64,000 nucleotides of DNA from Escherichia coli (GCF_002854065.1 NZ_CP024147.1), one strand, 5' to 3'. Positions 9,934-23,332 are shown, numbered from the stretch's first letter. The notes: generated from the sequence alone by a model not told the origin. Made by a program: numbers and translations.

Positions 9934-11577
9934 TTATTCCGACACAGCTGGCTTTTTTTCACACTTTTGCGGTTCGGGTCGAGGGTATTTCCACAGCCAA
10001 CGTCCAGTAACCATTCGCCAGTAAAACAGCACGGCCCGCACAGCCCAGTCGGCAAACATTCCCATCCAGACACCAACCACACCCCAGCCAAGCATGATGC
10101 CCAGCACATAACCGACGACAACCCGGCAACCCCACATGCTCAACATAGAAACCCACATAGCGTAACGGGCGTCACGAGCCCCCTTAAATCCAGCGGGTAG
10201 CACCCATGAAGCGGACCAAATAGGCATAAATAAAGCATTTAGCCAAACCAGAATCACAACGACATGTTTAACCTGTGGATCCTGGGTGTAAAACGATGCC
10301 ATAACCCCGGCAAAGGGAGCCGTTAGCCAGGCGATGGCCGTTAATCCAAGAGTGGAAAGCCAGAACACATGCCGCAACTGAATCTCTGCTTGCGCTATCT
10401 GCCCTACCCCCAACCTTCGGCCTGTAATGATCGTAGAAGCAGAGCCGAGCGCACTTCCGGGTAAGTTGATAAGAGCCGCAATTGAAAACGCGATAAAATT
10501 TCCGGCAATAACACTGGTCCCCATCCCGGCAACGAACATTTGGGTTAATAACCGACCACTGGTAAATAACACTGATTCGACACTCGCTGGAATACCAATC
10601 CCCATGACTTCCCAGATAATGCTAAAATTCAGCGGTTTAAAATAGCTCTTTAACGAAATCCTTAGCGCAGGATTAAAACCAATCGCCAACACCCACAAAA
10701 TTGCAACTGCGCCAATATAACGAGAAATGGTTAAACCCAACCCAGCCCCGACAAATCCCAGTCCCGGCCAGGAGAAAAGGCCGTAAATCAATATGCCGCT
10801 AATAATAATATTAAGAATATTCAGGCTACCGTTAATCAGTAGCGGTATTTTCGTATTCCCTGCACCACGAAGTGCCCCGCTACCAATTAGAGTGATGGCA
10901 GCTGCTGGATAACTGAGTACCGTCAGCTCCAGATAAGTCAACGCCAGTGCTTTAACTTCTGTCGTGGCATCACCCGCGACGAAATCAATAATTTGCTCGC
11001 CAAAATGATGAATAAGCGTTGCCAACAGTACGGCAAACAACGTCATGATCACCAATGACTGCCGCGTCGCCACCCTCGCTCGTCGTCGATCCCGCTTACC
11101 GAGACTAAATGCCACAACGACAGTAGTACCAAGATCGATAGCAGCAAAAAAAGCCATAATGACCATATTGAAGCTGTCCGCCAATCCCACGCCGGCCATC
11201 GCATCTTTTCCCAGCCAGCTGACCAGAAAAGTGCTCAGAACCCCCATCAACAGGACACAGGCATTCTCCATGAAGATAGGAACAGCAAGCGGGGTTATCT
11301 CGCGCCAGAACAACACTTTGTAGCTCTTGCGTTTAGCGTGCCAGCGAGTGCCGTGAACAACCTGGCGTAAAGCAGAGGAGATATTCAAAGCCGACCTTAA
11401 TTGCAGAAAGTGAAACCACATTTCAAATAATGAGGGAGAATCAGCAAAGCTGCAAAGATTTTCGCCAACAAATTGTCTGCAAATGCAACAAACTGTTGAT
11501 AGAAACGGCAAACAGTTGGGGAATTTAAAAATCGGGTTTGACAAAAGATTTTTCGCCGTTAAGATGTGCCTCAACAA
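9934..11577 (-). CDS. yeeO: MATE-family efflux transporter; start codon uncertain (may be downstream ATG)
   Basis: 547-aa ORF, multi-pass membrane protein with MATE-like hydrophobic profile; lies between two tRNA-Asn genes. Confidence 0.8.
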   Translation of the reverse strand: MLRHILTAKNLLSNPIFKFPNCLPFLSTVCCICRQFVGENLCSFADSPSLFEMWFHFLQLRSALNISSALRQVVHGTRWHAKRKSYKVLFWREITPLAVPIFMENACVLLMGVLSTFLVSWLGKDAMAGVGLADSFNMVIMAFFAAIDLGTTVVVAFSLGKRDRRRARVATRQSLVIMTLFAVLLATLIHHFGEQIIDFVAGDATTEVKALALTYLELTVLSYPAAAITLIGSGALRGAGNTKIPLLINGSLNILNIIISGILIYGLFSWPGLGFVGAGLGLTISRYIGAVAILWVLAIGFNPALRISLKSYFKPLNFSIIWEVMGIGIPASVESVLFTSGRLLTQMFVAGMGTSVIAGNFIAFSIAALINLPGSALGSASTIITGRRLGVGQIAQAEIQLRHVFWLSTLGLTAIAWLTAPFAGVMASFYTQDPQVKHVVVILVWLNALFMPIWSASWVLPAGFKGARDARYAMWVSMLSMWGCRVVVGYVLGIMLGWGVVGVWMGMFADWAVRAVLFYWRMVTGRWLWKYPRPEPQKCEKKPAVSE

Positions 11578-11581
11578 CGAT

Positions 11582-11657
11582 TCCTCTGTAGTTCAGTCGG
11601 TAGAACGGCGGACTGTTAATCCGTATGTCACTGGTTCGAGTCCAGTCAGAGGAGCCA
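11582..11657 (+). tRNA. asnU: tRNA-Asn (GUU)
   Basis: 76-nt sequence identical to the other two tRNA-Asn copies, ends CCA. Confidence 0.9.
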
Positions 11658-11665
11658 AATTCCTG

Positions 11666-11694
11666 AAAAGCCCGCTTTTATAGCGGGATTTTTG
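11666..11694. terminator. Bidirectional terminator between asnU and cbl
   Basis: Hairpin aaagcccgct-ttta-tagcgggattttt. Confidence 0.55.
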
Positions 11695-12645
11695 CTATAT
11701 CTGATAATCAATTTCCTCTTCACTGCTTTCCATCACCTGCCGCTTGATATCCTCAACTGACAGTCCTGCATTACAAAGTTCCAGAAAGCGCCAGACATAG
11801 TTACGCTGAAGTTGTCCTCGCTTCAGTCCCAACCAGACAGTATTAGCATCAAAAAGATGCCGCGTATCCAGGCGGATTAAATTCTCTTCCTCTTGTTCGC
11901 CACTGGATTGCTCGGCAACTAATCCGATCCCAAGCCCAAGAGCAACATAGGTTTTAATGACATCAGAATCCTGCGCACTTAATACAATATCTGCCAGCAA
12001 ACCTTTGCGGGCAAATGCGTCATCAATACGTGAGCGCCCCGTAATCCCCTGTCGGTAAGTGATTAACGGCCACTTCGCTATTGATTCCAGCGTCAATGGT
12101 GAAATTTGCGTCAAGGGATGATCGTGTGGAACAAGCAAACTATGGTGCCAACGAAACCACGGGAAGGCGACGAGCTGCGGGTCATTACTCAAACGCTCGC
12201 TGGCGATACCAATATCAGCTTCGCCATTTTGCAACAATGTCGCAATTTCCTGTGGCGTCCCCTGGATTAGCTCGAGCCGAACCTCCGGGAAAAGTTCGCG
12301 AAAAGCTTTAATGACCTCTGGCAAGCTATAACGTGCCTGAGTATGCGTCGTTGCAATAGTGAGAACGCCAGACGTATCGTTGGTAAACAGGTCTGCAAGC
12401 CGACGAACATTACTGGCTTCATTCAGAATACGTTCTGCAATGACCAGTAATGCTTTGCCCGGTTCAGTCATGCCCAGCAGTCGCTTACCTCGTCGAACAA
12501 ATATTTCGATGCCAAGTTCATCCTCCAGTTCCCGAATATGACGGCTGACGCCTGACTGTGAGGTAAAAAGCATATTCGCAACCTCTGTCAGGTTGTAATC
12601 CTGACGTGCAGCCTCGCGGATTATCTTTAGTTGTTGGAAATTCAC
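11695..12645 (-). CDS. cbl: LysR-family regulator Cbl
   Basis: 316-aa ORF with LysR N-terminal HTH (MNFQQLKIIREAARQ...). Confidence 0.85.
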   Translation of the reverse strand: MNFQQLKIIREAARQDYNLTEVANMLFTSQSGVSRHIRELEDELGIEIFVRRGKRLLGMTEPGKALLVIAERILNEASNVRRLADLFTNDTSGVLTIATTHTQARYSLPEVIKAFRELFPEVRLELIQGTPQEIATLLQNGEADIGIASERLSNDPQLVAFPWFRWHHSLLVPHDHPLTQISPLTLESIAKWPLITYRQGITGRSRIDDAFARKGLLADIVLSAQDSDVIKTYVALGLGIGLVAEQSSGEQEEENLIRLDTRHLFDANTVWLGLKRGQLQRNYVWRFLELCNAGLSVEDIKRQVMESSEEEIDYQI

Positions 12646-12746
12646 GGTAAACTCCGGGCAGTTCAGATTTCCCGTTATTGTTAAAGTCTAATGCCCGGCA
12701 TAACAAATAATAAAAACCCGCATCTTATTCCATCCCGATATAACAC

Positions 12747-13664
12747 TTAGCTCACCAATTGCCACTGCCTTTTTTCCATCACTGGAGAACTAATCACTGA
12801 CATTAACAACTCTTTCACTGCCTGTGCCTGTGGCGATAAGTTCGCTCTGGCGGGTAAATTTAATGACAAAGAGAGACTCATGGAAGGAGTGGTAATGCGT
12901 GACATCCACCCATTTACTGCGCCACATAACGAACGCGCGGCCGATTCGGGTAATACTGCAACGCCCATGCCGCTGGCAATCGCTGCGGTAAGCGTGGCAA
13001 TAGACTCAATTTCACCAATAACTTTTGCCGTGAGTCGCCGTAGGGAAAAAGCCTCATCAACACGAAGTCTAATAGCACTGTAATCACTGGGGAGAAAGAG
13101 GTTCATTTGCGCAATAGCATTCACATCAACGCTTTGCCCCGGGCAATCTTGAGTTCCTACCAGAAAAAGATCTTCTTTCAGCAAAGCCTGACTGGATACA
13201 CCAGCCACAGGGGAATGCTCATAAATCACCGCCATATCGAGTTGGTGATTTATCAATTTTTCGTTAAGCACTGCACCACTATTTTCATGAAGATAGATAA
13301 CGATCTCCGGAAATTCAGCGCGAACCGCCTGTAATAAGGGCATGGTGATGGATGACGCAGCGGTTCCTGGTGCAAAGCCAATCGAGACTTGCCCCGATAA
13401 TGCCTGACCAACGTTATGCACCGCCAGTTGGGCCTGTTCACACTGACGTAAAATGGCCCGCGCATGGGTATAGAGAATTTTTCCGGCGTCTGTTGGTGTA
13501 ACGCCCCGCTTTGTACGGATCAAAAGTTGTTGATTTAACTCACCTTCCAGTGTGGCAACCTGCTGGCTGAGCGCTGGTTGTGCGATATGCAATACTTCAG
13601 CAGCCTGGGTCAGGCTACCAATATCTACAATTTTTACGAAGTATTTCAGGCGTCTGAAGTTCAT
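12747..13664 (-). CDS. nac: Nitrogen assimilation control protein Nac (LysR family)
   Basis: Start at internal ATG (MNFRRLKYFVKIV...), 305 aa; sigma-54 promoter upstream. Confidence 0.85.
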   Translation of the reverse strand: MNFRRLKYFVKIVDIGSLTQAAEVLHIAQPALSQQVATLEGELNQQLLIRTKRGVTPTDAGKILYTHARAILRQCEQAQLAVHNVGQALSGQVSIGFAPGTAASSITMPLLQAVRAEFPEIVIYLHENSGAVLNEKLINHQLDMAVIYEHSPVAGVSSQALLKEDLFLVGTQDCPGQSVDVNAIAQMNLFLPSDYSAIRLRVDEAFSLRRLTAKVIGEIESIATLTAAIASGMGVAVLPESAARSLCGAVNGWMSRITTPSMSLSLSLNLPARANLSPQAQAVKELLMSVISSPVMEKRQWQLVS

Positions 13665-13719
13665 GTTGCCTCCGGTTTTTAAGAATCGGCCCAAGCGCCG
13701 CCATTACTTACAACCAGAT

Positions 13720-13735
13720 TGCAAGATGCTTGCCA
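13720..13735 (-). promoter_or_regulatory. Sigma-54 (-24/-12) promoter of nac
   Basis: Minus-strand sequence TGGCAAGCATCTTGCA matches TGGCAC-N5-TTGCA; ~55 nt upstream of nac start. Confidence 0.7.
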
Positions 13736-13990
13736 GTTTTATTTTGGTGTTGATGTACAAGCTAACCAACTGTCAAATAAGAGATTATGATAGATTCGTC
13801 ATTTGCTCCTTTAATCAGCTGTCGCGTTCCCCTGCCCTATAAAAGGAGGGTATGCACCACGATGGTTCATTACCCAATAAGATTGAAAGCTCACCACTTT
13901 GTTGAAATTGACAGCAAACAAACAAAAAAATGCATTTCACCCTTTGACATCACCATGCACTGCCATTAATATGCGCCCCGTTCACACGAT

Positions 13991-14066
13991 TCCTCTGTAG
14001 TTCAGTCGGTAGAACGGCGGACTGTTAATCCGTATGTCACTGGTTCGAGTCCAGTCAGAGGAGCCA
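13991..14066 (+). tRNA. asnV: tRNA-Asn (GUU)
   Basis: Third identical 76-nt tRNA-Asn copy; followed by hairpin terminator 14070-14100. Confidence 0.9.
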
Positions 14067-14121
14067 AATTCAAAAAAGCCTGCTTTCTAGCAGGCTTTTT
14101 GCTTTCTAATTACCAACGCTC

Positions 14122-15057
14122 TTAAAACATCTGTCTTGAACCAGAACTAATTTGCACAGGCATTCCCGATCGACGTTGCAACGCAGCATTTGCGCGATTT
14201 ACATCAACTTCTTGCCCGTTGATAAACGCCCGCAAAGATGGGGTTACCGGCAATGGCACTTTTCGGTCAGACTCATATTCTGCACGATTGCGCGACAACG
14301 GCTCATGAACTTCCAGCCAGTTCGAGCCATCTGGTTCAGTGGTGTATTTTACTGGCTGGTCGATAATTTGCACACGCGTCCCAACAGGAACATTATCAAA
14401 CAGATATTTGATATCGTCATTGCGCAGACGAATACAGCCCTGACTTACCCGGAGCCCAATACCAAAATTGGCATTGGTACCATGGATGGCATACAACCTG
14501 CCAATATAAATCGCGTACAGCCCCATGGGATTATCGGGGCCCGCAGGAACAAATGCGGGCAAACTCTCCCCTCGTTTCGCATATTCGCGCCGAGTGTTCG
14601 GCGTTGGCGTCCAGGTTGGAGCTTCTTGTTTACGTTCAACGGTAGTCACCCAGTTACGCGGGGTTTCTCGCCCAGCCTGGCCGATACCAATAGGAAAGAC
14701 TTCCACAGTATTACTGTCTGGTGGGTAGTAATAAAGACGCATCTCAGCGACGTTAACAACAATCCCTTTACGAACAGTGTCGGGCAAAATCAGTTGCTGC
14801 GGAATGGTGAGTTGCGAGCCAGACTTCGGCAAAAAAACATCAGCGCCCGGGTTCGCTTCCAGCATGTTACTTAACCCTTGCCCGTATTGTGCGGCAAAAG
14901 TCTCCAGCGGCTGGGTATTGTGATCAGGAACAGTTACAGTAAACGACTGCCCCACTAAACGGCTACCCTCTGGAGGTAATGGATAAGTTACCGCCAGGCT
15001 AGTATGGCTGGCAAAAAGCAGAGCAAATGAGCAAAGAATATTTACACGACGCATCAT
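14122..15057 (-). CDS. ldtA: L,D-transpeptidase (ErfK/YkuD family); start may be the second ATG (15054)
   Basis: 311-aa ORF with signal peptide and YkuD-type catalytic region (...[20 protein letters not shown]). Confidence 0.85.
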   Translation of the reverse strand: MMRRVNILCSFALLFASHTSLAVTYPLPPEGSRLVGQSFTVTVPDHNTQPLETFAAQYGQGLSNMLEANPGADVFLPKSGSQLTIPQQLILPDTVRKGIVVNVAEMRLYYYPPDSNTVEVFPIGIGQAGRETPRNWVTTVERKQEAPTWTPTPNTRREYAKRGESLPAFVPAGPDNPMGLYAIYIGRLYAIHGTNANFGIGLRVSQGCIRLRNDDIKYLFDNVPVGTRVQIIDQPVKYTTEPDGSNWLEVHEPLSRNRAEYESDRKVPLPVTPSLRAFINGQEVDVNRANAALQRRSGMPVQISSGSRQMF

Positions 15058-15118
15058 GTCCCTTTCCTATGTCGCGAAAGCTATCCGTTAAGTATAGCTT
15101 TTATCAGACTTTTCGTTT

Positions 15119-16198
15119 TTAACTGTTCAAATCAGAAGTCGTATTCCCCGGTAGAACAATATTACTGGCAGCAAGTTCGCCCATGTTGTTGTATATCGCA
15201 CAGGCAGCTTCGATGATGGGCATCGCCAGAGCTGCGCCACTCCCCTCACCTAAACGCATCTCCATATTGAGATAAGGCTCCAGCCCCAAATGCGAGAGCG
15301 CTATACGCGCGCCTTTTTCTGCCGACAGGTGAGAAGGAATGAGATACGGTTTTATCGCAGGAGACATCTGGCAGGCTGCGAGCGCAGCAGCATAAGAAAG
15401 AAATCCATCCAGCAACACGGGTAAACCGCAGGAAGCAGCACCTAACATCACTCCAGCTATTCCGACCAAATCAAATCCACCCACTTTTGCCAGGACATCA
15501 ACACCATCCTGAGGATTTGGTTGATTCAACGTAATCGCCCGACGCACAACATCAATTTTATTAGCCAGTTTATCTGTCGGCAGGTTTGCGCCAATCCCAA
15601 CCACTTCTTCAGGATCCCGGCCAGTGATTGTGCTGACTATTGCTGCTGCCGGTGTCGTGTTTGCCATCCCCAGTTCACCTACACCAAACAGCGTGACACC
15701 GTTTTTTGCCAGCTCCTGCGTATAACATATGACGTCCAAAAGCAACTTTTCAGCCTGACGGCGACTCATTGCCGGAGCTGAAGCAATATTGCTGCTACCT
15801 CGTGCGACACGCATGTTGATAAGCCCGGGGATAGGCTCAGCAGTATCAATACCAACATCAATTACGTGGACGTTAGCGCCCGCTTGTTCTGCCAGCACAC
15901 ACACGCCGGTTGTTCCACGGGTCATATTTTCAGCCTGTATGGCTGTCACTTCTTTTGGAGAAATAGCGACCCCTTCCTCCCAGACGCCGTGATCGGCACA
16001 CATAACCAGTACCGCTTTTTTGCCCACATGCGGTATGCCATTCAACCCCGGCATTCCTGCCAGTTGTATGGCAAGCACCTCCAGCTTTCCCAGGCTACCA
16101 ACAGGTTTGAGTAACCCGTCAATATGCCGTTGTGCACGCGACATAGCGGTAGAATCGATGGCTGGGATCGTATTCAGTAAATCGGCAAGTATTTGCAT
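15119..16198 (-). CDS. cobT: Nicotinate-nucleotide--dimethylbenzimidazole phosphoribosyltransferase
   Basis: 359-aa ORF recognised as CobT. Confidence 0.9.
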   Translation of the reverse strand: MQILADLLNTIPAIDSTAMSRAQRHIDGLLKPVGSLGKLEVLAIQLAGMPGLNGIPHVGKKAVLVMCADHGVWEEGVAISPKEVTAIQAENMTRGTTGVCVLAEQAGANVHVIDVGIDTAEPIPGLINMRVARGSSNIASAPAMSRRQAEKLLLDVICYTQELAKNGVTLFGVGELGMANTTPAAAIVSTITGRDPEEVVGIGANLPTDKLANKIDVVRRAITLNQPNPQDGVDVLAKVGGFDLVGIAGVMLGAASCGLPVLLDGFLSYAAALAACQMSPAIKPYLIPSHLSAEKGARIALSHLGLEPYLNMEMRLGEGSGAALAMPIIEAACAIYNNMGELAASNIVLPGNTTSDLNS

Positions 16199-16209
16199 CT
16201 CACGTCTCT

Positions 16210-16953
16210 TTATAGCAGTGCCAGCAGGAAGACCAGTTCACCAAGCTCTATGGCTGCTCCCAGCGTATCGCCCGTTTGCCCGCCCAGCGTACGTTTGAGA
16301 AGCTGACCGAGGATGAAAATCGCCACCATCGTCACCACCATAGCAGCCACACCATGCATACCCGGCAATAATACGGCAGCAAAAATAGCGGCTAAGCCGA
16401 GTGTGACGCAGGTTTGTCGCCCATCAATTTTGCCAATGAACACATTGCCAAGCCCTTCTTCCCGCGCATAACGATGACGATACATCAATAATGCGGCAGT
16501 CCCGCGGCTGACCGCACATGCTGCCGCCAGCGATGCAAGGATCGATTCGCCACGCAGAGCCAACTCGCTTAACACCAGAATCTTTGCCAGTACCACAAAA
16601 ATCAATGCCAGACCGCCGTGGGTGCCTAAACGGCTATCACGCATGATTTCCAACATGCGATCGCGGCTACGTGCAGAAAATACGCCATCACAGGTATCAG
16701 CGAGGCCGTCCAGATGGAATCCCCCGGTCATCAGCACCAGCACAAGTACGCTAAACAGTGCCGCCAGTGGTGCGCCACACCATGCCTGCAGCACCATGAA
16801 GACCAGCCCGCTAATCGCGCCAAGCAATAATCCAATCAAAGGAAAAGTAATAATACCGCGAGAATAATGCTCGAAATCCAGTCCCTGGGACCAGCGACGC
16901 GGTACAGGCAGACGCGTAATAAATGAGAGCATCGCCCAAAATAATTTACTCAT
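16210..16953 (-). CDS. cobS: Cobalamin (5'-phosphate) synthase
   Basis: Start at internal ATG (MSKLFWAML...); membrane protein; 4-nt overlap with cobU stop. Confidence 0.85.
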
Positions 16954-17495
16954 TTGATTTTTACTCCAATACCCGAAACCACCAGCCATACTTCATTTGC
17001 CGCAGCGGCCAACTGCTGATTTACCCGCCCGGCAATATCACGAAAATGTCGTGCCAGACGACTCTCCGGCACAATCCCCATTCCCACTTCGTTAGTCACT
17101 AATACAACCTTTGCGGGGCAACGTTGGCAGGCAGCAATCAACGACTGAATCTCAGCATTAATCGCCTGTTCCATCGCCTGATAATCCCATTCATCAGGGT
17201 CTTTATCGCCGCCATAATCAAACAACAGATTAGTCACCATTGTGGTAACGCATTCAAGCAACACAACCTCATTCGGGTTAATGTCTGCATGAATTAATTC
17301 ATCAAGATGTTGCCAGCGCTCCACTGTGCGCCAGTGCTCCGGGCGGCCTTGCCGATGATGTTCTATCCGTGCAGCCATCTCATCATCAAGGATTTGCGAG
17401 GTAGCGATATACAGAACCTGTGAAGAGTCCCCAATAAGCGCCTCTGCGTGGCGACTCTTCCCGCTCCGTGCGCCCCCCGTCACCAAAATCATCAT
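16950..17495 (-). CDS. cobU: Adenosylcobinamide kinase/adenosylcobinamide-phosphate guanylyltransferase
   Basis: 181-aa ORF with P-loop GGARSGKS. Confidence 0.9.
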
Positions 17496-18520
17496 ACCGA
17501 CTCCTGATTCAAATGTATGATGGTATTCATTGAACAGAACAATGGATCCCCCACCGTTGCTGACCGCAAAACATTTACGCGATTAATACTGCGCGTAATA
17601 TAATTAAAAATCCAGCATTCTCAATCCATTACGAAATAAGATGGCATTACGGAATAGCCAGACTTTCTCGTGTTAACGTCCGACAAAATGCGTCATTGAC
17701 AGCGGTTTCTGTGGATTGACACATTTCATTCAGATAATGAATTAATGCTACTGCCGGAACAACCAGCAAACGGGCATTGTGTTCTGAAATCCAGGCTATT
17801 GATTCAACGTCAGCGACAGATCTGCGCTGTAAAAGAACTTGTAAAACAACGTAATAGAATTATCCGGAATGGTGGCGACTATGCACTAGAACACCACAAT
17901 TTCGCTCTCTCGGTAAGGCACTGTCACAGCATTCAACAGAATGTGACTTGCCAGATTTATTAGCGCCACCAGATGTTTAACCGGGTAACCACGACCCAGT
18001 CGGGGATATATTCCATCTTCTCGCTGACATCATCAAGAATAAAAAGGTTTATCACACTCAGAGCAACGTTCTTCAGCAGGCGGGATAATTCTTCAACATT
18101 TAGAAGATGTGTTATTAAAGGCATACAAACTGGACGTATTGTATTTTCTTTTGGTGGTTGACCTAAGGTAGCAGTTTATCCTGATGCGCTGAGATTTCTG
18201 TAATATCTACGTCAACATTCTCCTCGAATAGAAAATGCAGCCCCGGCAAGTGATTCACATTTTTTAACAAAACGTTGTTAGCGTGCCATTTTCAGAAGCT
18301 CTCCAAGAAAGCGAATTCTTTTCTCAAATTCTGCATTCTCAGACACAGCTTTCTACTCCATGGTAATGGCCCAAATACGAAGTTGCTCAGGATCATTAGT
18401 GGTGCTGAGAAGTTAAATAACCATGCGGAGTACCACTCGTCATCACGTATTTATATATCATGAAGCTATTGTTGTGTTTTGTACATCAGTAGATATATTC
18501 TGATATACTCCTTTTGCTAG

Positions 18521-19715
<1,195 letters not shown>

Positions 19716-19819
19716 CTAATTTCGATAGGTTCTCAGATGAGAATGATGACGGTGATACACAGATAAGAATCAATGAGCAATGAGGGTTGCCGGGCAACCC
19801 TCATTGAATAAAACAGGAA

Positions 19820-20149
19820 TTACTTCGCTTCGCCGTTTTTCATTTCGCCCATAGCTTTCAGCTTTTTGGAGATATCGCGGCGTTCTTTGGAGAGCTCGGC
19901 ATTTTTGATGATGTAATCGTCAACGCGATCTTCATAGTCACCTTTCATGCTGGCGATGATGCCCTGGATTGCTTCAACGCTCATCCCGGGCTTGATGTAA
20001 TCGCTCAGGTTGTCCAGCAACAGGACGCGCTTCTGGTTGTCACGGATCTTTTTCTCAACGTCCTGAATTTCACGTTGCAGTTTGTTCTTACGACGGAACA
20101 GACGAACAAATTCCAGTACGTCCTGGAATGAAGGCTTGGTAGTTTCCAT
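19820..20149 (-). CDS. yeeX: DUF496-family protein YeeX
   Basis: Start at internal ATG ([14 protein letters not shown]...), 109 aa. Confidence 0.8.
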   Translation of the reverse strand: METTKPSFQDVLEFVRLFRRKNKLQREIQDVEKKIRDNQKRVLLLDNLSDYIKPGMSVEAIQGIIASMKGDYEDRVDDYIIKNAELSKERRDISKKLKAMGEMKNGEAK

Positions 20150-20320
20150 TTTTATACCCCTGATAATGTGAGAGTCGGATTCGTTTAAGCAACCGCTATT
20201 CGTTAGGGCCAACATTACTCATAGCTGCCGCAGATGACAATGCTTTTATCCCTTTTCACTATCATACCCTTTATCCTTGCTGAATCGAAGCAGCAGCAAG
20301 ATGATTCTGAAGTTCAGGAA

Positions 20321-21379
20321 TTATTTGCGCAAGGCCCGGCAAATCAGATTCGATAGCAACTCAAGCTGATGTGCCGTTTCCATGTTCAGCCACACATAAC
20401 CATAGATTGGTGTTTCCACAACCTTCAGGTCATGGTGGTTATTCAGCAACTGACGCAGCTCTTCCACAGCATCGTTCAATTTTTCCGTATTGGCAAAAAC
20501 CGGCTGCGGATTACCTTCGTACAGCGCATGAACAAGGCTCAGCAGTATTTGCTGCATCATGTGCTGGGTATCACGAAGTTTTTGCGCGTTCAATAACACG
20601 AAATGGCTGGGGCGCGTGGCCCAGTATGCATTGATTTGCAACTCCAGCATACAAACCAGATTGCGGTTAATGGTCTGGATACCTTCATATATCGATTTTG
20701 GAATTCGAGTTTCTTTGCTGGCGGGCGCAATCAGCCCACGCATTTTCACGGCATCGGTCAGGAGTTTTTGTAGATGGCTTTCCAGACGTGGGCGTTCGAG
20801 TAAGTTTGGTGAGAATGCAGATTGATAAACCCGATTATACTCGGTCAGACTTTTCGCCAGTTGAATGCGCCAGTGGATGAACGCCCGTTGTGGCCAGATA
20901 CCGGTAAACAACATTGCCAGTAAAGAGCCGAGGATCACATCGCCGCTTCGCCATAACGCCGTATCAATTTCACCTGTCGGGGAACCCACAACAATTGCCA
21001 GCGTCACCCCAATCAATAATCCTTGATACGGTTTCTTGCCCAGTGCCAGCCAACCGCAAAGAAACATAGCCGCCGCGCACCAGACTAACATCAGCGGTAA
21101 CGAAATTAACTCCAGTTGCAGAGCGATAAGACCTAAAATCGAACCCAACACCGTACCGCCAATACGTTCGAAGGCGCGAGGAACAACGTTACCCCAGAAC
21201 GAGATTGGCCCCATAATCACCACCATGGTGACCAGCGGCCAGGTGCTTTCAGGGATAGTAAACAGGCGGATAATGAGAAAAGTGAGCAGGAATGCCAGCG
21301 CGACCCGAGTACCATGCACAATGCGGTAATGGCGGTATACCCGGATTTCAAACGGGCTTAATGACTTATCGGCACGCAC
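20321..21379 (-). CDS. yeeA: Inner-membrane protein YeeA (FUSC-like putative transporter)
   Basis: 352-aa ORF with N-terminal transmembrane segments; synteny. Confidence 0.8.
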   Translation of the reverse strand: MRADKSLSPFEIRVYRHYRIVHGTRVALAFLLTFLIIRLFTIPESTWPLVTMVVIMGPISFWGNVVPRAFERIGGTVLGSILGLIALQLELISLPLMLVWCAAAMFLCGWLALGKKPYQGLLIGVTLAIVVGSPTGEIDTALWRSGDVILGSLLAMLFTGIWPQRAFIHWRIQLAKSLTEYNRVYQSAFSPNLLERPRLESHLQKLLTDAVKMRGLIAPASKETRIPKSIYEGIQTINRNLVCMLELQINAYWATRPSHFVLLNAQKLRDTQHMMQQILLSLVHALYEGNPQPVFANTEKLNDAVEELRQLLNNHHDLKVVETPIYGYVWLNMETAHQLELLSNLICRALRK

Positions 21380-21576
21380 GCAAAAACTCCGTAATGAAGA
21401 TTAAAAGCGCTCATAACTCATCTGTCGGCCAGAAGGCGCGCCTCTGAATTATCCGACGGACAAACCGGGAACAGTGTAATTTCCCGGCAGGAGCGAAAAA
21501 ATTGAAAGGCGCATCTTACTCTTTTCGCTTTCAAAAAAAGAGTGGTCATCGCGTTAACACACCGCCCTGAGATGAA

Positions 21577-22041
21577 TTAGTGATGTTTTGGCTGCACCGC
21601 AACATACATTTCGATATCCCAGTACCCATCTTCCGCGCCATTGTTCAAATAAACCTCGAAGCAGGGCTTTGGTAACATTTCATAAGCACTGTCCTGCAAG
21701 AGGCTATTAAAGAACTGATACCAGGGTTTAGCAAAATCATCACCGACTACACGAGCCACCGCCACCGCATACTGACCACCTGAAATTTCTGTCAGAATGA
21801 CGCCCTCACTGTTTTCGGGAAGCGTAAAGTTATTCGGTACCGTCACAACGGTGTCGCAGCGTAATTTTTCGGCGGGTCTTTCATCTGGATTGTCGTAATA
21901 GACAGCAACCCACTCAATATTTTTGTTATCTACCCACATCATCAACTGCTCAAAGCCTTTCTTTACCGTCTGTTCCCACGGGCCAACGAGATGGAAACCT
22001 GCAACGGTACGTTTCTCTTCCTGCTTAATCTCGTAGTTCAT
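21577..22041 (-). CDS. sbmC: DNA gyrase inhibitor SbmC (GyrI)
   Basis: 154-aa [27 protein letters not shown]... Confidence 0.85.
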   Translation of the reverse strand: MNYEIKQEEKRTVAGFHLVGPWEQTVKKGFEQLMMWVDNKNIEWVAVYYDNPDERPAEKLRCDTVVTVPNNFTLPENSEGVILTEISGGQYAVAVARVVGDDFAKPWYQFFNSLLQDSAYEMLPKPCFEVYLNNGAEDGYWDIEMYVAVQPKHH

Positions 22042-22159
22042 GACGCCTCCATTAACACTGTTTTTATATACAGTATAGTTGCAAAATTAAAACCACAAGG
22101 AATGAGTGTTGATTATGCGAGCAGACTCGCACTCCTGCCAGTCTGCTGCAAAAGAAAGG

Positions 22160-23332
22160 TCAGGCCTTATGGTGGAAATAATCACTCAGGCGGGAAAACA
22201 TGCCGCCTTCCCCGACAGATTCCAGGGTAACCAGCGGCCAGTGCGCCACCTGTTTATCACGGTCGTAAAGTTCAATTTCCCCTACCCGCTGATGGGCGCT
22301 AATTGGCGCGGTGAGCTCTTTACCATCAAGGGTATATTTGGCTTTGATATGTGGAATTTCGGCTTTCGGTAGCACCATCCAGAACTCTTGTTCCGTTCCC
22401 AGGTCGATATTTTCTTTATCGCCATACCAGATGCGTTCCGTTCCGACCTTTTTCCCACGGTGCAAAATTTGCACCGTAGTAAAGTTTTGTTGCCCCCAAC
22501 GCAGTAATTTTCTTGCCTCTTCCTCACGACCTTTTGCACTGTCAGCCCCCATTACCACTGCAATGAGACGACGCTGCCCATCTACAGCCGAAGCAATGAG
22601 ATTAAACCCGGCACCAGAAGTATGACCCGTTTTCAGGCCGTCAACATTCATGGTTTTATCCCACAACAACCCGTTACGGTTTTGCTGGGTGATACCGTTC
22701 CAGGTGAGACTTTTCTCACTGTACATATGATAAAACTCGGGCTCGCCGTGGATGATAGCGCGAGAAAGCACAGCTAAATCATAAGCCGAGCTATGCTGGC
22801 CAGGTGCATCCAGACCATGCACTGTTTCAAAATGCGTATCCTTGAGATGCAGCTTCTCGGCATAGTTGTTCATCATTTCAACAAACTGCCGTTGCCCACC
22901 GGCAATATAGTCAGCCAGAGCAACACAAGCGTCATTTCCGGAATCCACAATTAAACCACGGCTTAAATCACGTACCGATACGCGATCGCCCTCTTTCAAA
23001 AACATCAGTGAAGAACCGACAAACACCGGATTATCTTTCGCCCACGCATCGCGCCCCACGGTGACAATATCGTCTGGCGTAATGCGATGACTATCGATAG
23101 CGCGATCCACGACATAACCCGTCATCAGCTTTGTCAGGCTGGCGGGATTGCGCTGTTGATGCTCATTACCCGCGGTGAGGATCTGTCCGGTGGTGTAATC
23201 CATCAGTACCCAGGACCCGGCTTGAATCTGTGGAGGCTGAGGTGAAAAAGGAATGTTTTCCGCCGCAAAACCAGACGATAAGTTAAAAACGAACAAAGAA
23301 GCAGCAATAATAAGACGGCGTTTCAACAGCAA
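22160..23332 (-). CDS. dacD: D-alanyl-D-alanine carboxypeptidase (PBP6b)
   Basis: 390-aa ORF with signal peptide and SxxK motif (ASLTK). Confidence 0.85.
   Translation of the reverse strand: MLLKRRLIIAASLFVFNLSSGFAAENIPFSPQPPQIQAGSWVLMDYTTGQILTAGNEHQQRNPASLTKLMTGYVVDRAIDSHRITPDDIVTVGRDAWAKDNPVFVGSSLMFLKEGDRVSVRDLSRGLIVDSGNDACVALADYIAGGQRQFVEMMNNYAEKLHLKDTHFETVHGLDAPGQHSSAYDLAVLSRAIIHGEPEFYHMYSEKSLTWNGITQQNRNGLLWDKTMNVDGLKTGHTSGAGFNLIASAVDGQRRLIAVVMGADSAKGREEEARKLLRWGQQNFTTVQILHRGKKVGTERIWYGDKENIDLGTEQEFWMVLPKAEIPHIKAKYTLDGKELTAPISAHQRVGEIELYDRDKQVAHWPLVTLESVGEGGMFSRLSDYFHHKA

Noticed and set aside
9758-14066. Three identical 76-bp repeats and four identical 768-bp repeats as possible CRISPR or other repeat array
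   Set aside because: They are tRNA-Asn genes (cloverleaf, GUU anticodon, CCA end) and IS1 elements, not CRISPR repeats; no short repeat-spacer array seen anywhere.
14152-14874. 240-aa ORF antisense to ldtA
   Set aside because: Fully contained within the ldtA coding region on the opposite strand; no RBS or conserved features.
17745-18463. Three 60-70 aa plus-strand ORFs between cobU and IS5
   Set aside because: No RBS, no recognisable motifs; region looks like decayed intergenic or remnant DNA.
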